Below the pieces are notes generated by a model that did not search any database, was not told the origin of the DNA, and saw only the letters and a program-made list of their open reading frames with translations. The position numbers and the translations under genes are program-made. A DNA stretch of 64,000 nucleotides. Origin: an uncultured delta proteobacterium (GTDB lineage: Bacteria; Desulfobacterota; RBG-13-43-22). The DNA is taken from the NCBI GenBank assembly GCA_963802945.1, contig CAWDKY010000015.1, forward strand, positions 320,001-384,000. Reading direction: 5' to 3'. The stretch's first letter is position 1; the number at the start of each line of letters is the position of its first letter. Positions 59,206 through 64,000 of this stretch are shown here, piece after piece.

Positions 59206-60021
59206 ATGCCGATTGGAATAGACCTGGGAAGCCGATTTGTCAAGATCATCCAGACCCATGATTTTAGGGCCTTCCATAAAATCCGTCTCGACACGGTTGG
59301 GTTTCTAACTCAAAGAATAAAAACAGGGCCGAAAAAAACCGATCCATTCCTGGCCCTGAAGGATTTGGGATTCCGACCTGAAAAATCCCTGGTGGTAACC
59401 GGCTATGGCAAACACCTTGCGGGTAAAAAGATAAAAGCCATCACCGAGATCCGGGCTCATTTTCGCGGCGCCTGTTTCCAAACCGGCTTGACAGATTTTA
59501 TTTTAGTCGAAATGGGCGGTCAGGACAGCAAGGTCCTTTGGGTTCAGGACAAAAAGGTTATGGATTTTCAGACCAATGATAAATGTGCGGCTGGAACCGG
59601 CCGCTATCTGGAGAATATGGGCCGGTTGTTGAACCTGAGCTTAAAAAAGCTTTCTCAGGAAACCGAAGACCCGGTGGCGATCAACAATACCTGTGCGATT
59701 TTTGGAGAGAGCGAGATCATCGGATTTCTTATGGAACAGGTGCCGGTAAAAAAGATTTGTGCCGGCATCAATGATTCCATTGCCCGACGGATCATCCAGA
59801 TGATCCGCCGCTACCCCACCATGCCTCTGGTTCTTTGCGGCGGCGTGGCTTTAAATAAGGGAGTGGTGACCCTGCTTTCCCGCCGCTATGGTCGATCGAT
59901 CATTACCCCTAAAGAGCCCCAGTTTAATGGGGCCATCGGCTGTTGTCTGGAAGGAATTTCCATAGAAGAAATTTATAAATTGGCTGGGAAAGGTAGGAAC
60001 TGTGGTCACAATAATGGTTAG
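59206..60021 (+). CDS. CoA-substrate-specific activase (ASKHA ATPase, HgdC/BcrAD-like)
   Basis: GIDLGS, VTGYG, MGGQDSK, NDKCAAGTG, TCAIFGESE, GGVALN, GAIG. Confidence 0.92.
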   Translation: MPIGIDLGSRFVKIIQTHDFRAFHKIRLDTVGFLTQRIKTGPKKTDPFLALKDLGFRPEKSLVVTGYGKHLAGKKIKAITEIRAHFRGACFQTGLTDFILVEMGGQDSKVLWVQDKKVMDFQTNDKCAAGTGRYLENMGRLLNLSLKKLSQETEDPVAINNTCAIFGESEIIGFLMEQVPVKKICAGINDSIARRIIQMIRRYPTMPLVLCGGVALNKGVVTLLSRRYGRSIITPKEPQFNGAIGCCLEGISIEEIYKLAGKGRNCGHNNG

Positions 60022-60220
60022 TTACTTCGGCCCGATCCAGGGTTCATCGGTTGTATCGTTCAACGGCGTATCTGCTACGGTCTCCTCGTGGTCGGGAGCC
60101 ACGATTAAGTGCAAAGTTCCAACTGGTGCCTCTACCGGACCTGTGGTGGTGACGACTTCTGTTGGCCCATCCAATAGAAAAAAAATTACCGTGACAAGGT
60201 CAATAAAGAATAAGCTATAA
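60002..60220 (+). pseudogene. IPT/TIG-domain fragment
   Basis: FGPIQGSSVVSFNG...SWS..TIKCKVPTGASTGPVVVTT typical of TIG repeats; no signal peptide or clear RBS. Confidence 0.55.
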
Positions 60221-60526
60221 CAAATCGAGAAGGAATGGCTGTAATGGCTATCCTTTCCCGTGTTTTATTACACAGAAAACTCTTTCACCCAGGTAGTGGT
60301 TCTGCTTTTTTTTGCACATTTCAATCCGTAATCGTTAACTTTTGGAATGACCTCTTTAGAATAGTTGTAGATACCTTTAAATCCGGTTCTGCATAGTCCC
60401 GTTTTCTTAAAAAGACGCCTTCCACCCCCTTGCCTTTTGCCCTGTTTTTCTCCTTGATCCTTCCTTTTTTTTTATACTCTTTCCTATCAAAAGCAAAGTT
60501 TTACAAATTTTTAAAGGAGGCCCAAC

Positions 60527-60781
60527 ATGTTTTCACCAAAAAGCATTCTGGTACCCACAGATTTTTCCGTATATTCGGACAAGGCACTACAAAACGCAAT
60601 AGACATCGCCAAACAATTCACAGGCAAGATCTATCTATTACATGTGGTCGGAACAGTCATTCAGTACATGGCCTATTATGAGATTGATTCACAAACCGTT
60701 AATTTGGTGGAAAAGGAAAATATCGCTGCGGCCAAAATTCGATTGACAAACAAGAACGTCCTTCATATACTCCCCCACTAA
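60527..60781 (+). pseudogene. Universal stress protein, C-terminally truncated
   Basis: KSILVPTDFS..S..AL..A, IYLLHVV; ends before the DLIVMG ATP-binding region. Confidence 0.75.
60743..60771 (+). promoter_or_regulatory. Consensus sigma70 promoter for the KAS III-like gene
   Basis: TTGACA-17 nt-TATACT at the point where USP similarity ends. Confidence 0.7.
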
Positions 60782-60833
60782 AAAGCAATGTCTTATCACT
60801 ACCCTGCCAATTTTTTCGACGGAGAATCAACAC

Positions 60834-61889
60834 TTGAATATTGCAACCCGCATCCATGGAGTCGGTGCCTATATTCCCGAGCGTAAAATTACGAACGAAG
60901 ATGTAATTGAAATGCTTCGCTTGGCAAGCGCCGCTTATCTGTCCCCCGAGGATCTGGTTAAATTGATCCAAAAAGCAAAATCAAACCTGGACAAAACCGG
61001 GAACAGCACACGTTATTGGTGCCGGGAAAACGAGTATTGCACGGATATCGCCCGGATCGCGGCCGAGCGGGCCCTCGATGACGCAGAAATTGATCCAAAA
61101 GATGTGGATCTGCTGATTTTTACGGGCATGTCCAAGGCTTTTGTCGAACCGGCCACCGGCCATGTGCTGCGCCACGAAATGGGCCTGGTCAATGCCAATG
61201 TGATCGATACCCAGGACGCTTGCACGAGCTTCATCAAATCGATGGAAATCGCCAATAGCCACATCAAATCCGGCGCCTATAAGACAGTATTGATTGCGGC
61301 CGGTGAACGCTCTTACGACTGGGCGGATTTCACCTGTAAGACGATCGAAGACCTGGCCTGGAAGTTCGGGTCGCTGACGATTGGCGATGCCGCCGGTGCC
61401 ATGGTGCTGCAATCCACCGACGATCCGGAGTATACGCAGGAAAACCGCCATATGCGGTTCTATTTTAAAATCGCCGATGGTACTTTCCAGACCTGTCACA
61501 TCGGCCTCAATTACCGCTTTGGAACGCGCTACCGTCTCAATTCGCATTCATCGCGCTTGATCAATACCGGTTTGCAAATGGTGATGGAACTGTTGTTCGA
61601 AATATTGGAACAGGATTTATGGAAGGACATTGAATACGACAACTTGTTCATCCACGACATCGGCAAGATCATTGACGACATGGTGTTGCCGATGATACGT
61701 CAGGCCAATATCTGCGTGCCCGACACCTATAAATCCTTCTTCCCCAAATATGGTAACATCGCTTCGGCCACCCTGCCGGTCAGCTTGTATCTGGCCAAGC
61801 AGGATGGTCGTCTGAAGCGGGGGAATTTGGTGGTCTACGTCTGTCCGTCGGCGGGCGTACAGGCGGGCGTTTCGGTGTTTCGTTATTGA
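60834..61889 (+). CDS. FabH/OleA-like ketoacyl synthase III family protein
   Basis: GAYIPE, VEPATG, DACTSF (Cys), TIGDAAGA, FIHD (His), YGNIASA (Asn), SAG. Confidence 0.85.
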   Translation: MNIATRIHGVGAYIPERKITNEDVIEMLRLASAAYLSPEDLVKLIQKAKSNLDKTGNSTRYWCRENEYCTDIARIAAERALDDAEIDPKDVDLLIFTGMSKAFVEPATGHVLRHEMGLVNANVIDTQDACTSFIKSMEIANSHIKSGAYKTVLIAAGERSYDWADFTCKTIEDLAWKFGSLTIGDAAGAMVLQSTDDPEYTQENRHMRFYFKIADGTFQTCHIGLNYRFGTRYRLNSHSSRLINTGLQMVMELLFEILEQDLWKDIEYDNLFIHDIGKIIDDMVLPMIRQANICVPDTYKSFFPKYGNIASATLPVSLYLAKQDGRLKRGNLVVYVCPSAGVQAGVSVFRY

Positions 61890-62191
61890 TTTTCGTTCGC
61901 CATGGATCTTTGGTATTCCAGGGACATCCATGATAAGTAATGTCAAGGGAAAAATGAAGGTTTCCCCTGACCATCAGGAACAATAGTCTCCCGGTGGTTT
62001 ATTTACAACAATCTGCCGTCACTTGATCTTTTTTTTCATAGTTTTGGGTCGACCTTGATCGATCAGGCGACCAGACATCTATTTGCTGTATCTGGGTCGG
62101 AGAGGGTTTGCTTTACACCCTATCCGCAATGACCTTTACAGAAGATTGTGTTTGGGTCTACCCGCCGGCCTCGAAACATAATAATGGTTAC

Positions 62192-62562
62192 ATGACCCTG
62201 GGGGCCTATCTTTTGATGATCTTGTTTATTTTACTCTGGACCATCCTGCTTGTTATTTCCGGCATTGTCGCCGCCTTTCCTATTCCCAGATCTTTTTCAT
62301 ATTGGCAGATAACCCTCAGATGACCGGTTCGGACAGCTTACGAAAAAGCAAGGCCATGATGAAAGGAAACCGTTGGAAGTTGTTTTGTCTTTTCTGGAGA
62401 TTCTTTGGCTGGTTCCTGTTGGGAATCCTGAGCCTGGGAATAGGCTTCCTGTGGATCATGCCTTATCTGCAAACTACTTTAATCCGATTTTATGATGTTC
62501 TGAAGGCGGGAGAAGGGCTTCCGGCTACGGAAGGTGTTGTCTCTCAACCGGTCCAACCATAA
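62192..62562 (+). pseudogene. DUF975-like membrane protein remnant, frameshift near 62279
   Basis: ILLWTILL..GIVAA / YSQIFFILADNP...SKAMMKGNRWKLF...GIGFLWIMPY; N-terminal part absent. Confidence 0.65.
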
Positions 62563-62573
62563 ACGATAAAAAA

Positions 62574-63755
62574 ATGATGTCCGAATATATTTCCCGGGTC
62601 AGTGTCTGCCGCTGTCCGGATTATCAACCAACCAACCTGACTATGGCGGTAGAGAAATGTTTATCCGCCCTGGAACCCCTCCCTTTGTCCTATGGTGCCC
62701 GGGTCCTGCTCAAACCCAATTGCCTTTCGGCCGACCGGGGTCCTGACCAGCCGGTCAACACCCGGGTTGAGGTGATTGAGGCGGTCGGAGATTACCTGCG
62801 TAACCGTCATCAAGTCAACCTGGTTATCGCCGATTCCTGTGGAATGGGATCTTACGGCAAGACCAAACGGGCCTATACACTCATGGGGCTGGATCAGGCG
62901 GCGGTGCACCTCAAGGCCGAATTAGTCAATCTGGAAGAACTTGGGCTGATTGAAATCCAAAGTCCTTCGGGCAGGATATTGCCTAAGTTCAAGGCCACGG
63001 CCTTGCTGGATCAAATCGACATCATAGTCAACTTGCCCAAGTTAAAAACGCACTTACTGACCGGGATCAACGGAGCAATAAAAAATTATTTAGGTTTACT
63101 ACCCGGTTCGCTCAAACGGGCCGTCCACTTAGCCGCACCCAGCGGCCCGGCCATGTCCCAAGCCCTGGTCGATATTTTCAGCGGGATAAGGGCTAAAGTC
63201 CCTTTGACCTTGAATCTCATGGATGGGATCATCGCCATGGAAGGGATTGGCCCTGGCCACGGCCAGGCCAGGCAAACCGGCTGGCTTCTGGCTTCGACTG
63301 ACCCAGTGGCCCTGGATGTCACTGCGGCAACTATCATGGGTTTTAATCCCACAAAGGTTAATATGATTATCCGGGCCGCCGAGGCCGGATTAGGAACAGC
63401 CGATTCCTCTCGAACCAGGCTTCTGGGCGCTTCCTGGCCTGAGCTGCCGGTCCCCGGTTTTCGACATCCCTTCACCAGGTCCCGTGAATGGGCTGAGAGG
63501 ATGGTTCCCCCCTGGTTGTTCGGAAAGGTCCTTGAATGGCTGTCCGAAGCCAGACCCAAAATAAGGTCAGAACACTGCCGGCAATGCGGCCTGTGCGTCC
63601 AGGCCTGTCCGGCCCAGGCCTTAACGCTCTCCGAACAAGGATTAGCCCTCAATCAGGAACTGTGCATTGAGTGTTATTGTTGTCTAGAACATTGCCCTCA
63701 TGAAGGGTTATGGGTCCCCCGGGGGTTTTTAGACAAGATACGAGTCAGAAATTGA
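62574..63755 (+). CDS. DUF362 protein with C-terminal 2x[4Fe-4S] domain
   Basis: VLLKPN, NLPKLKTH, AIKN..G, DGIIAMEG.GP, DPVALD; CRQCGLCVQACP and CIECYCCLEHCP. Confidence 0.9.
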   Translation: MMSEYISRVSVCRCPDYQPTNLTMAVEKCLSALEPLPLSYGARVLLKPNCLSADRGPDQPVNTRVEVIEAVGDYLRNRHQVNLVIADSCGMGSYGKTKRAYTLMGLDQAAVHLKAELVNLEELGLIEIQSPSGRILPKFKATALLDQIDIIVNLPKLKTHLLTGINGAIKNYLGLLPGSLKRAVHLAAPSGPAMSQALVDIFSGIRAKVPLTLNLMDGIIAMEGIGPGHGQARQTGWLLASTDPVALDVTAATIMGFNPTKVNMIIRAAEAGLGTADSSRTRLLGASWPELPVPGFRHPFTRSREWAERMVPPWLFGKVLEWLSEARPKIRSEHCRQCGLCVQACPAQALTLSEQGLALNQELCIECYCCLEHCPHEGLWVPRGFLDKIRVRN

Positions 63756-64000
63756 TTTTTTTAACTTTTTTTTATTTGGATAGTGAGGCCGCTAAAAACC
63801 GATTTGGGCATTTGATGCGCACCGGAACCCTAAAGAAGGAGAATGCGAGGCTTATCTCTGACACCCATGGGATCCCATTATATTAATTGATTTAGCCTTC
63901 CTGCCATAATTTAAGAACTGCTTTTTTTAATCCGGATTTGTGGCAATCTACTTGGCCCTTTCCCCTCCGCAGGCATAAAGTGCCCATAATTCCGGCAATA

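Noticed and set aside
1-64000. CRISPR array, rRNA, prophage or full-length transposase
   Set aside because: No regularly spaced repeats with unique spacers, and no rRNA, phage structural or DDE/HUH transposase signatures were seen.

Overview
A 64 kb bacterial chromosomal segment. Gene content (LPS biosynthesis, many CoA-dependent enzymes, FeS proteins) suggests an anaerobic diderm, probably Desulfobacterota/Syntrophus-like (inference). From left to right it holds: an envelope/LPS cluster (GT2, DUF2304, deacetylase, ArnT-like GT, lptF, lpxK, three GT9, Trm112-like, lipid A acyltransferase); NamZ-like, pyrE, Nudix and tRNA-Pro(CGG); an acyl-CoA dehydrogenase pair; and a minus-strand defence-like island. 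In that island a type I restriction-modification operon (hsdR-hsdM-hsdS) runs directly into a GHKL kinase/ATPase, a STAS protein and a PIN nuclease, which is the best candidate for an undescribed system. Next come a large acyl-CoA catabolic region (thiolases, HMG-CoA-synthase-like/DUF35 fusion, SCP2, a ThDP enzyme-ferredoxin-unknown-CoA transferase operon, ilvC, a second ACAD pair split by a MITE-like element), an orphan oadB, tatA, a MATE pump, two CoA-ligase alpha subunits, an AT-rich HNH gene with integron-cassette-like ends, tsaA, aroF, a dehydratase/activator pair and a patchwork of gene fragments around an OleA/FabH-like gene. At least nine small indels break otherwise intact genes, so the assembly is probably error-prone and individual pseudogene calls need caution. 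All product calls come from motif recognition by eye; no database searches were run.
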